Virus record (IMG/VR): IMGVR_UViG_3300010412_000010
Location: 78,463 to 90,523 of that record
Source of the DNA: a virus
Taxonomy: Duplodnaviria; Heunggongvirae; Uroviricota; Caudoviricetes
DNA: 12,061 bases
Reading direction: 5' to 3' (one strand)
Shown in pieces: positions 1 through 7,289 of this stretch. The notes below the pieces were generated by a model. The model saw only the letters and a list, made by a program, of their open reading frames with translations, was not told where the DNA came from and made no database searches. A program made the translations under genes and the position numbers. How positions within the stretch are numbered: position 1 is the stretch's first letter; every line of letters starts with the position of its first letter.

Positions 1-1
1 A

Positions 2-319
2 CTGGAAGGCGACAAGAAAAAAGAGTTCTATGACTACATCGACAAGAACTGGAAGTCTGATGACGAAGAAGAGTCCAAACAAGTCAATGAAGCAACTTTG
101 ACTAACCCATCGTCAACTTTTATTGCGCAGTTGACTGGAACGCGAGCCGACGCGGTTGATGAGTTTATCAATACACATAATCTTGATGGAACAATGTTGT
201 ACAAGCATGTGAAGCTTGGTGGACTTCCAGTTAGAATGGATTTTACAACAGCACTGGCCGGAAAAGACGGAAACAAATATCAAGTCGAATTAATCAAAAA
301 ATTCCAAAAGAAAAAATAA
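2..319 (+). CDS. 3' part of a T4-like phage hypothetical protein (starts left of the window); possible internal head protein
   Basis: The frame of track ORF 98..319 is open back to position 2 (LEGDKKKEFYDYIDKNWKSDDEEESKQVNEATLTNP...), so the TTG at 98 is not the true start. I recall the KKKEFxxYIDKNW motif from T4-like phage hypotheticals. TAA at 317-319 abuts the next ATG at 321. Confidence 0.7.
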   Translation: MEGDKKKEFYDYIDKNWKSDDEEESKQVNEATLTNPSSTFIAQLTGTRADAVDEFINTHNLDGTMLYKHVKLGGLPVRMDFTTALAGKDGNKYQVELIKKFQKKK

Positions 320-320
320 T

Positions 321-893
321 ATGGACAGAATTTCCAGTATTATCAGAAAGGCGATTGTAAAAACTCATCCTGTATTGGCAACCGAAGAAGACAATTGGTT
401 GTTTGATGGCAGTGAAGATATTCTTACTGAAGCCGAACTTGCACAAAAGAAAGGCCATTTGGATTTTGATGGTGTGGTATTTGTTTATTTCAATATCAAT
501 TTGTCGCGAAAACTGAATACCCCGTTGTGGTCTGTGCGTAACGCAAAAACTGGGGTTATCCTTGGACACGACCGCGAAATTGTGTTGAAAGATGCTGAGT
601 TTGTTGTTGGGCAGGGCGGTAAAGAGCGCGTTCGCAAAGAAATGAACAAGAATGTTCATGCTGGTGTTCGTGGAAAAATTGTACACAATGTAAAGGCGGA
701 CACCAATGGAACCGCAGTGACTTATAATCCATATAAGTATGACACCTTCGTGAGATTGCCAAGCGAAACGCCAGTCAAGTCAGCAAAACATGTGAGCATG
801 GTTGACAAAAAAGTTTGGGCGACTGGTATCGAAGATATGAAACCAGAAGAGCTTAATGACCTGCGACAAAGGTCGGAAAAATACAAGGGTTGA
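321..893 (+). CDS. Phage hypothetical protein: ~45-aa N-terminal extension plus a widespread phage domain of unknown function (VYFN...SV...F.V...G..RV..E..KNVHA.V.G...VTYNPYK...FV)
   Basis: 190-aa ORF coupled to the upstream stop. The C-terminal motif set is recognised from phage hypotheticals. Confidence 0.8.
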   Translation: MDRISSIIRKAIVKTHPVLATEEDNWLFDGSEDILTEAELAQKKGHLDFDGVVFVYFNINLSRKLNTPLWSVRNAKTGVILGHDREIVLKDAEFVVGQGGKERVRKEMNKNVHAGVRGKIVHNVKADTNGTAVTYNPYKYDTFVRLPSETPVKSAKHVSMVDKKVWATGIEDMKPEELNDLRQRSEKYKG

Positions 894-897
894 TTCG

Positions 898-1098
898 ATG
901 ATTAAGGATTCAGACAAAAAAGTAGAAGACGAATTCAACAAATTTGTCGATGACTATATCAAAACACTCGATGATGCGAAGAAGATGATATCTTCGGCAA
1001 AAGACATTGGTGCCCTAGACAGAACCTTGCTGATTGTTACCAAGTTGGTGCAAAAAAAGCACCAGAAATTCGGTGAGTTGCACAGAAAACATTTTTGA
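898..1098 (+). CDS. Small, probably helical hypothetical protein (66 aa)
   Basis: The ATG at 898 follows the TGA at 891-893 and fills the gap between neighbours. It is a more plausible start than 856, which overlaps the previous gene. Confidence 0.65.
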   Translation: MIKDSDKKVEDEFNKFVDDYIKTLDDAKKMISSAKDIGALDRTLLIVTKLVQKKHQKFGELHRKHF

Positions 1099-1111
1099 TT
1101 AGACCTTCAAT

Positions 1112-1495
1112 ATGGAAATTAGAGAATTGAATGACGACAATTTTTTGATGTTTGCTATTAAGAATTATGACAATCCGCATTGTGCCGGAATGGAAGAATT
1201 CGAAGAAGACCTGAATCGAATCAAGTATCTGAAAAGGCTTCTCAATAAATATGTTGGTGGCGGCGAACTTAAAGAACGACTGATTATCAACCACATAATT
1301 GTATTGACGAATGTGTTTGGTGTCGAAGCTGCGGTTAGAATAATGTTTCACAAGCTGGAACCAGAACTATTCCCAGCCATAAAAACATTTTTGATTTTTT
1401 TGAATTTACTTCCTGAAACTGTTCCGCATTCTGGGGTAACATTGGTCGATATCCCACTCGACATAAATATTGTCGGTGTATTAAGGAAAATCTAA
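1112..1495 (+). CDS. Conserved T4-like phage protein of unknown function (ELNDDNFLMFAIKNYDNP...LKERLIINHIIVLTNVFG; from memory DUF7207-like)
   Basis: Strong resemblance to a core hypothetical of T4-like cyanophages and marine myophages that lies upstream of the primase region. Confidence 0.85.
   Translation: MEIRELNDDNFLMFAIKNYDNPHCAGMEEFEEDLNRIKYLKRLLNKYVGGGELKERLIINHIIVLTNVFGVEAAVRIMFHKLEPELFPAIKTFLIFLNLLPETVPHSGVTLVDIPLDINIVGVLRKI
1462..1469 (+). promoter_or_regulatory. Putative T4-type late promoter (CATAAATA)
   Basis: One mismatch to TATAAATA, 25 nt before the ATG at 1495, which has AAGGA at 1483-1487. Confidence 0.5.
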
Positions 1496-2076
1496 TGTCT
1501 GCTATCCTAGATTCCATTGTTGCATATAAGTTTATTACCCTGCTGTCGACTCCTTGGGAAGAAACCGAGGCGTTTGATTTGGGTATTATCGACAAAGACG
1601 GCAATCCACTAAAAAAAACCAAAGACCTTGGAAGCAAAAAAGAAAAAGAAGCATATTCGATTTTCCATCGTTTGGTTTTCAATATCAAACGACTATTACA
1701 AAAACTTCCGTTTGGTAAGGCCAAATTAGCTAGCTTTGCTGCTGCTGCGCTGTTGCTAAAAGAACATATGCAGCCAGAAGACGCTGCGCTTTTTGAAAAA
1801 AACCTAATGTTGTTTATCAAAGAATCTGGCCTGTCGCCGACCCACAATTTGACAGAACAGTTTTCGCTTCACGACACGCTTAGTGCCGGTCAGTATTATG
1901 TGACTGAAGATACTATTGACCAGTATGGGGATGTCGTTGTTGCTGGGCATATTGTTGTTGTTAATGAATCGGCAAAAACATTTTCTGTGTTTGGTTCCGT
2001 GTTGGTGGAAGCAACAGACAAAGAAACCGGACTGGTTGTGCTTGTCCCAGCAAGTATGGTGAAACGACATGACTGA
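1495..2076 (+). CDS. Conserved T4-like phage hypothetical protein (Y.FI.LL.TP.E.T.AF.LGIID.DG...AY..FHRLVFNIKRLL.K.P.GK..LASFAAA..LLKE)
   Basis: The N-terminal ~90 aa match the family that usually follows the preceding conserved gene in T4-like genomes. TAATG stop/start overlap. Confidence 0.85.
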   Translation: MSAILDSIVAYKFITLLSTPWEETEAFDLGIIDKDGNPLKKTKDLGSKKEKEAYSIFHRLVFNIKRLLQKLPFGKAKLASFAAAALLLKEHMQPEDAALFEKNLMLFIKESGLSPTHNLTEQFSLHDTLSAGQYYVTEDTIDQYGDVVVAGHIVVVNESAKTFSVFGSVLVEATDKETGLVVLVPASMVKRHD

Positions 2077-2983
2077 AAAAACATATGGCGAATTTGTTGC
2101 CGAACAAAGAATGATATTGGAGGGTACGGTAAAAGTGCCACCATCGCTGCTACAGGAAGCCAGAGACGCCGCTATTAGCATTGTGCTTTCATTAGCCGCA
2201 CCAAGTGTGATGAAAAATAAAGACACATTGCCAGACCACTATGCCGCATTTATTAAGGCGGTATCACGATACAAATTGTCATCTAGGGATGTTAATGATA
2301 TTTTGAAGGCCGTTGTCGTTCCAAAAAAGAAAGAGCGCATGATGTCCGTGATGGTTGATTATGAAAAACATTTTCCGAAAAACTATATGCGCGGACTGGC
2401 CAACGAGATAGAAATCCCAAAACAAATAGAACTCGTGATTGATTTGTATGGGAAACAGATGCCACCAAACCAACTTGGTGCTTATATACCAGATTTACAT
2501 GCGATTGCTATCAACCTGTCAAGATTTTACCTGAAAGACTTTGCGGATGAGCGCGTTAATCCCAAAATGCTGGAACTGGCATTACTAGAAGTATCCGGAA
2601 CAATCGAACATGAACTGACCCATTCCATCGAACATATTTTTATTTCCGGTAAAGAACCAAAACGAATAAAAATCAAAGGCGGCGAAGCACAGTCTGTCGA
2701 TGATGCGAAAGGCCGTGAAGACTATCTTACCTCCAATGTTGAATTCGAAGCCATGTTAAAGTCCGCTGCAACCGAATGGCGCGAATATGTGTATGCCATT
2801 GGCAGACAAGCAGACGCGGAACAACGAAAACTCGACTTTCAAGTATTTACGGCACAACGCCCGACGGTTCCGGAATCCAATATAAATTTCCCAAATGATT
2901 TTTTTGCTGCATTAAAGAAGATATCAAAAAAACGGTATAAGATTGCGTTGACAAAACTTGTATCGCTGATAAAAAAGGTGTGA
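2069..2983 (+). CDS. Putative zinc metallopeptidase (zincin, HELTH) with an N-terminal T4-like capsid-targeting sequence
   Basis: HEXXH motif (IEHELTHSIE), preceded by the typical G.Y.P...I.IN strand and followed by YLTSNVEFEA (candidate third ligand E). The N-terminus KTYGEFVAE resembles T4 IPII/IPIII KTYQEFIAE. Confidence 0.7.
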   Translation: MTEKTYGEFVAEQRMILEGTVKVPPSLLQEARDAAISIVLSLAAPSVMKNKDTLPDHYAAFIKAVSRYKLSSRDVNDILKAVVVPKKKERMMSVMVDYEKHFPKNYMRGLANEIEIPKQIELVIDLYGKQMPPNQLGAYIPDLHAIAINLSRFYLKDFADERVNPKMLELALLEVSGTIEHELTHSIEHIFISGKEPKRIKIKGGEAQSVDDAKGREDYLTSNVEFEAMLKSAATEWREYVYAIGRQADAEQRKLDFQVFTAQRPTVPESNINFPNDFFAALKKISKKRYKIALTKLVSLIKKV

Positions 2984-2985
2984 CC

Positions 2986-3297
2986 ATGAAATTAAAAGAA
3001 GAATATAAAATCGTTGAGTCTGAATCTTCGACGCCAGCCAATGTGACCGGCGCTGCTGTATCGACCGATGTCCCAAAGATAACACCAAAACGATTTGCCG
3101 GTATGGATGTGTTTGAAGTTTGTCCAGAAGTATTTCACCGTTGTATCAAAGGGAAACGCAAATATCTTCGATATGACACTTATGTCGGTGATGATGATGT
3201 TGGCGTTGCTATCCGCGACTATGGAAGAAACAATCCAAAAAAACCAATCGTACTGCAAAACAGTAGAAGTGGGTCAATGATTTATTTGAAACGGTGA
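2986..3297 (+). CDS. Conserved T4-like phage hypothetical protein (PAN..G...FAG.DVFEV...F..C..GK.KY.RY..YVG.D.VG..IR.Y...NPKKPI.LQ....G.MIYL)
   Basis: Motif recognised from T4-like myophage genes upstream of spanin and primase. The start is ATG 2986 or GTG 2980. Confidence 0.8.
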   Translation: MKLKEEYKIVESESSTPANVTGAAVSTDVPKITPKRFAGMDVFEVCPEVFHRCIKGKRKYLRYDTYVGDDDVGVAIRDYGRNNPKKPIVLQNSRSGSMIYLKR

Positions 3298-3302
3298 TAT
3301 TC

Positions 3303-3761
3303 ATGTTTAATATGGGATTAGAAACAAAAATAATGTTGGTTGTTGGGTTGGCCGTGGTGACGCTGGTTACATTGATGTATTTCAAATACGAACATGCCAT
3401 CGAACAGAATGTGTTGTTGGAAGAAAAGATAGCCGCGCAAGAAGCGATTATCACCGAAGTACAACAACAAATGGTTCGGATGCGCGAACAAGGTAAGCAA
3501 GTTGCCGACCTGAACAAGAAGGTCATCACGGTAGAACGCCAAGTTCAATTTCACGAAGATGCTATTTCTGCAAAATTCACTAAGGGCGGAAGAGACTTTG
3601 GGCGATTGGCAATGGGCAACCCAGATTGGATTGGAAATATTATCACCGACGCAACCAATGAACGGTTCCGGTGTTTGGAAATTGCTACTGGAGCAAAAAC
3701 AAATGAGAAAGATTCAGCTAATAGCCTGTGTCCAAATCTTGTTACTACTACCACTCGTTAA
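3303..3761 (+). CDS. Rz: Inner-membrane spanin subunit (i-spanin, Rz-like)
   Basis: Single N-terminal TM helix (IMLVVGLAVVTLVTLMYF) followed by a long coiled-coil-like periplasmic region and two C-terminal Cys. It overlaps a lipoprotein gene. The start could be 3294 (GTG), 3303 or 3312. Confidence 0.8.
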   Translation: MFNMGLETKIMLVVGLAVVTLVTLMYFKYEHAIEQNVLLEEKIAAQEAIITEVQQQMVRMREQGKQVADLNKKVITVERQVQFHEDAISAKFTKGGRDFGRLAMGNPDWIGNIITDATNERFRCLEIATGAKTNEKDSANSLCPNLVTTTTR

Positions 3762-4059
3762 TGGATGTACCTTTTTTTCCAAACAGTCTGTAGTTAAAAA
3801 CCAAGAAAAAATCGTGTTGGATATCCAGCCGCCATCACCTGTTGTGTTGCGTCGGATAACGCCAATAGTAGTGACTGAAGAAAATTCAAAACAACAATTT
3901 GAAAAACTGAAGGCAAAGGGAATTGACCCAGTTGTGTTTGGCATGACGGATGTTGATTATCAGGCCATGTCTGAAAATCTTGGCGCGCTGCAAAAGTTCA
4001 TTGTTCAACAAAACGAAATAATCAAGGCATACCGAGAATATTACGAAAAACAGCATTGA
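3703..4059 (+). CDS. Rz1: Outer-membrane lipoprotein spanin subunit (o-spanin, Rz1-like)
   Basis: ATG 3703 has GGAG at 3690-3693. The signal peptide MRKIQLIACVQILLLLPLVNG-C ends in a lipobox-like Cys, followed by a Pro-rich linker and a C-terminal helix (DYQAMSENLGALQKFIVQQNEII..Y..YYE) typical of T4-like o-spanins. It overlaps the i-spanin by 59 nt. Confidence 0.85.
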   Translation: MRKIQLIACVQILLLLPLVNGCTFFSKQSVVKNQEKIVLDIQPPSPVVLRRITPIVVTEENSKQQFEKLKAKGIDPVVFGMTDVDYQAMSENLGALQKFIVQQNEIIKAYREYYEKQH

Positions 4060-4084
4060 CTTTGGTTTGGTGGCCGGATATCAT
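4056..4084 (+). promoter_or_regulatory. Sigma70-type promoter for primase (TTGACT-N17-TATCAT)
   Basis: -35 at 4056-4061 and -10 at 4079-4084, 17-nt spacer, 29 nt before the primase ATG. Confidence 0.7.
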
Positions 4085-4099
4085 GTCCGGCTCATTTTA
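4073..4099 (+). terminator. Possible intrinsic terminator for the spanin transcript (GCCGGA-N7-TCCGGC then TCATTTT)
   Basis: 6-bp GC-rich inverted repeat just after the o-spanin stop. The U-tract is imperfect. Confidence 0.35.
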
Positions 4100-4113
4100 A
4101 TAATTATGTCGCC

Positions 4114-5148
4114 ATGAAATTTTCTTCAAAACTCCACATTGACACCGTATATGTCCCGCAATTGTGTTCCAGATTCAGGAATTACAAAAAAACGCGCGAC
4201 TATGTGTGGAACTTTTCGTGTCCGATTTGTGGCGACTCAGAAAAGAAAAAAAACAAAGCCCGTGGATACATCTATCGCAAAGAAGACACCCTGTTGTATC
4301 GGTGTCATAACTGCAATGCGGGGATGACTTTTTCGACTTTCTTGAAAAGTCAAGACCCAATTCTATACAACCATTATGTGTTAGAAGCATTTGGTGGCGT
4401 CAGAGACACTACACAAGAGCAAGAATTCACCGCGAAGGACTTGGGGTCGACCCCGCCAGTGTTTATGGAGCCACACGAAGCTCTGCGCGACCTCGCGCGC
4501 GTGAGCGAGCTTCCGGAAGACCATTTTTGTAAAAAATATGTTGTTGGTCGGAAAATTCCAGAAAAATTACATTCTTTGTTGTATTACTGCGATGACTTCC
4601 AGCCGCTTGCCGCGAAACTCAATTCAAGTAAGGCACAAAAAATACCAAGCGGCGAACAGCGATTGATTATCCCGTTTTTTGATGAAAACAAAAAATTGAT
4701 TGGATTGCAGGGCAGGGCACTTGATAACAACAAGCTTCGTTATGTAACCCTTAAGGTGAGCGATGAAAGTCCGAAGGTGTTTGGGTTGGACAGATTCGAT
4801 AAAACAAAGACGGGGTTCATTGTGGAAGGTCCAATCGACAGTCTGTTTTTGCCAAATTGTTTGGCGGCAGCAGGTTCTTCTACTGACTTATTTGAATATG
4901 TCGACAAAAAAAATTGTATTGTTGTGATGGACAATGAGCCACGAAATAAAGAAATAGTTAGCGTCATGAAGAAATGTGCGGACGCTGGCTTCCGTGTTTG
5001 TATATGGCCAACAACAAATAATCATAAGGATATCAATGACATGGTTTTGTCTGGAATGTCGCAAGAAGACATCGTTGCTCAAATAATGAACAATAGCTTT
5101 TCCGGATTAAATTTTGATTTGAATTTGGCTTCTTGGAAGCGATGTTGA
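4114..5148 (+). CDS. gp61: DNA primase, T4 gp61 type
   Basis: Zn finger CPICGDS...KARG...LLYRCHNC. TOPRIM motifs IVEGPIDSLFL, DNEPRN and KDINDMV. 344 aa, matching the size of gp61. Confidence 0.97.
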   Translation: MKFSSKLHIDTVYVPQLCSRFRNYKKTRDYVWNFSCPICGDSEKKKNKARGYIYRKEDTLLYRCHNCNAGMTFSTFLKSQDPILYNHYVLEAFGGVRDTTQEQEFTAKDLGSTPPVFMEPHEALRDLARVSELPEDHFCKKYVVGRKIPEKLHSLLYYCDDFQPLAAKLNSSKAQKIPSGEQRLIIPFFDENKKLIGLQGRALDNNKLRYVTLKVSDESPKVFGLDRFDKTKTGFIVEGPIDSLFLPNCLAAAGSSTDLFEYVDKKNCIVVMDNEPRNKEIVSVMKKCADAGFRVCIWPTTNNHKDINDMVLSGMSQEDIVAQIMNNSFSGLNFDLNLASWKRC

Positions 5149-5156
5149 CATAAATA
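5149..5156 (+). promoter_or_regulatory. Possible late-promoter box (CATAAATA) upstream of nrdJ, overlapping a TTGACA at 5145-5150 that has no good -10
   Basis: Motif is in the intergenic gap, 74 nt from the ATG, farther than the other boxes. Confidence 0.35.
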
Positions 5157-5230
5157 ATTAATCCAATACAAGTGTAAAAATACGGTGCGCAATGTGCCGA
5201 TGATAACTTTTGTTTCTATATGGAGAAAAC

Positions 5231-7219
5231 ATGAACAATAATATTTCTACTATTCCTGATACCAACGACATTATGGATGAGTATATGAGGTTTATTGCAT
5301 TGAGTCGTTATGCGCGATGGCTTGATGATAAAGGAAGAAGAGAAACTTGGCAAGAAACTGTGGCGCGTTATTTCGATTTTTTTGAAGGTCACATTAAGAA
5401 CCGCAATCCAAAAGCAATCAAGCAATATAAAAAAATTAGACCTATGCTCGAACAGAGCGTACTAAACCTGAAAGCAATGCCGTCAATGCGCTGTTTAATG
5501 ACTGCTGGCGTAGCATTGGAACGAGACGAGGTTGCCGGATTCAATTGCTCATATGCTGCGGTTGACAATGTTCGTGTTTTTGATGAAATCATGTATATCC
5601 TGCTGTGTGGAACTGGTGTTGGGTTTTCCGTTGAGCGCCAATACACAAACAAGCTTCCAGAAATCGCCGAGGATTTTTATGAGTCTGATACAACAATTGT
5701 TGTTGCTGATAGCAAGATTGGTTGGGCGAAATCATTTAGAGAATTGATTAGCCTGTTGTATTCTGGTCAGATTCCGAAATGGGATGTATCAAAAGTGCGA
5801 CCCGCTGGTTCCAGACTGAAAACTTTTGGTGGAAGAGCTTCCGGCCCAGAACCATTGGTTGACCTATTTCGGTACTCCATTACACTGTTCAAAAAAGCAG
5901 CCGGAAGAAAACTATCGGATTTGGAATGTCACTCACTGGTTTGCAAGATTGCAGACATCGTTGTTGTGGGTGGGGTTCGTCGCTCTGCTCTTATCAGTCT
6001 GAGTAATTTGTCGAGTGATAGAATGCGCCATGCAAAAATGGGGCAATGGTGGTTGATAACGCCTGAGCTTGCGCTGGCAAACAACAGTGTGTGCTATACC
6101 GAAAAGCCAGACTTTGATTCTTATTTGCGGGAAGTTGTTGCGTTGCATGAGTCTCGCTGTGGCGAACGCGGTTTCTTTTCTCGTGTTGCAAGTAAAAAAC
6201 AAGCGGCAAAGAATGGAAGAAGAGACGCAGACCACGAATTTGGTACCAACCCATGCAGTGAAATTATTCTGAGGCCAAATCAGTTTTGCAATTTGTCCGA
6301 AATCGTTGTTAGAGCGGATGACACTCTCGAAACACTAAAAGAAAAGGCCGTTGTTGCTACTATTCTTGGAACACTGCAATCGACGCTTACAAATTTCCGG
6401 TATCTGCGAAATGTTTGGAAGCAAAATACCGAAGAAGAAAGACTTCTTGGTGTTTCGTTGACTGGTAACATGGATAACTTCTTTATGAGTGGCATGAAGG
6501 CATATTATTTTTCTGGTAGTGGTGAACTGCCAAAAGAATTGTCGGTGGTTCTTAACGAGCTTAAACAGGTCACGATTGATACCAATGCCGAATGGGCAGA
6601 TATTCTTGGAATTGAACGGTCTGTCGCAATCACATGTGTCAAGCCTTCCGGTACAGTTAGCCAATTGGTTGATTCTGCTAGTGGTATTCATGCGAGATTC
6701 AGTGATTACTACATTAGAAGGGTTAGGGCGGATGAAAAAGACCCGTTGGCTCAATTCATGATGCAAGCTGGATTTCCGTGCGAGCGTGATGTAACTAAAT
6801 CGTCAAACTTGGTTTTTAGTTTCCCGAAAAAATCACCAGAAGGAAGCGTGAAGGTTGATGATTTGACAGCAATACAACAGCTTGAAATTTGGAAGACATA
6901 CCAGCAACATTGGTGCGAACACAAACCATCGGTCACCGTGTATTACACTGATGATGAATTTTTGGCAGTGTCGCAGTGGGTGTGGGAAAACTTCGATATC
7001 ATTTCTGGTATTAGCTTCTTGCCAAAAGAAGACCATGTGTACCAACAAGCACCATACGAAAAAATTTCGAAAGAAAAGTATGAAGAGCTTCTTGCTGCAA
7101 TGCCAAAAGATGTCGACTGGGATGCGCTGTCTACATTCGAGAGCGAAGACAATACTGCCGGAACCCAAACATTGGCATGTTCTGGTGGGTCGTGTGAAAT
7201 TGCAGATTTGAGTTCGTAA
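5231..7219 (+). CDS. nrdJ: Class II (adenosylcobalamin-dependent) ribonucleotide reductase, monomeric RTPR-like
   Basis: Motifs SRYARW, MPSMR, GFNC, GTGVGFS, GGVRRSALI, active-site TNPCSEI/QFCNLSE, KPSGTVSQL and C-terminal redox pair ACSGGSCEI. There is no ATP-cone and no nrdB downstream. ATG 5231 has GGAG at 5222-5225; 662 aa. Confidence 0.93.
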   Translation: MNNNISTIPDTNDIMDEYMRFIALSRYARWLDDKGRRETWQETVARYFDFFEGHIKNRNPKAIKQYKKIRPMLEQSVLNLKAMPSMRCLMTAGVALERDEVAGFNCSYAAVDNVRVFDEIMYILLCGTGVGFSVERQYTNKLPEIAEDFYESDTTIVVADSKIGWAKSFRELISLLYSGQIPKWDVSKVRPAGSRLKTFGGRASGPEPLVDLFRYSITLFKKAAGRKLSDLECHSLVCKIADIVVVGGVRRSALISLSNLSSDRMRHAKMGQWWLITPELALANNSVCYTEKPDFDSYLREVVALHESRCGERGFFSRVASKKQAAKNGRRDADHEFGTNPCSEIILRPNQFCNLSEIVVRADDTLETLKEKAVVATILGTLQSTLTNFRYLRNVWKQNTEEERLLGVSLTGNMDNFFMSGMKAYYFSGSGELPKELSVVLNELKQVTIDTNAEWADILGIERSVAITCVKPSGTVSQLVDSASGIHARFSDYYIRRVRADEKDPLAQFMMQAGFPCERDVTKSSNLVFSFPKKSPEGSVKVDDLTAIQQLEIWKTYQQHWCEHKPSVTVYYTDDEFLAVSQWVWENFDIISGISFLPKEDHVYQQAPYEKISKEKYEELLAAMPKDVDWDALSTFESEDNTAGTQTLACSGGSCEIADLSS

Positions 7220-7224
7220 TAAAT

Positions 7225-7245
7225 CGCCCCTTCGGGGGCGTTTTT
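7225..7245 (+). terminator. Rho-independent terminator with a cUUCGg tetraloop
   Basis: CGCCCC-TTCG-GGGGCG-TTTTT directly after the nrdJ stop. UUCG loops are a hallmark of T4-like terminators. Confidence 0.95.
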
Positions 7246-7252
7246 ATTTCTG

Positions 7253-7260
7253 GATAAATA
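7253..7260 (+). promoter_or_regulatory. Putative T4-type late promoter (GATAAATA) for the RuvC-like gene
   Basis: One mismatch to consensus, immediately after the terminator and 29 nt before ATG 7290. Confidence 0.65.
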
Positions 7261-7287
7261 TTCTCACTACAATCACAAGTGAGAATA
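7259..7287 (+). promoter_or_regulatory. RBS-sequestering hairpin (TATTCTCACT-N9-AGTGAGAATA)
   Basis: Perfect 10-bp inverted repeat. The 3' arm contains the GTGAG Shine-Dalgarno-like site 6 nt before ATG 7290, and the 5' arm overlaps the late box. Confidence 0.75.
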
Positions 7288-7289
7288 CT

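Noticed and set aside
1244-2888. AATAAATA (1244) and TATAAATT (2881) late-box look-alikes
   Set aside because: They are deep inside genes and far from the next start codon. Such matches are expected by chance in AT-rich DNA.
3559-3702. Upstream 48 codons of track ORF 3559..4059
   Set aside because: The true start is ATG 3703, which has a GGAG RBS and a signal peptide. The extension lies inside the i-spanin gene.
5184-5230. Cobalamin riboswitch or strong hairpin in the nrdJ leader
   Set aside because: The leader is too short and has no B12-box. The only stem (CGGTGCG/TGTGCCG) relies on three G-U pairs.
5231-7219. Intron or intein in the RNR or primase
   Set aside because: Both are of normal length with contiguous motifs, and no splice-junction signatures were seen.
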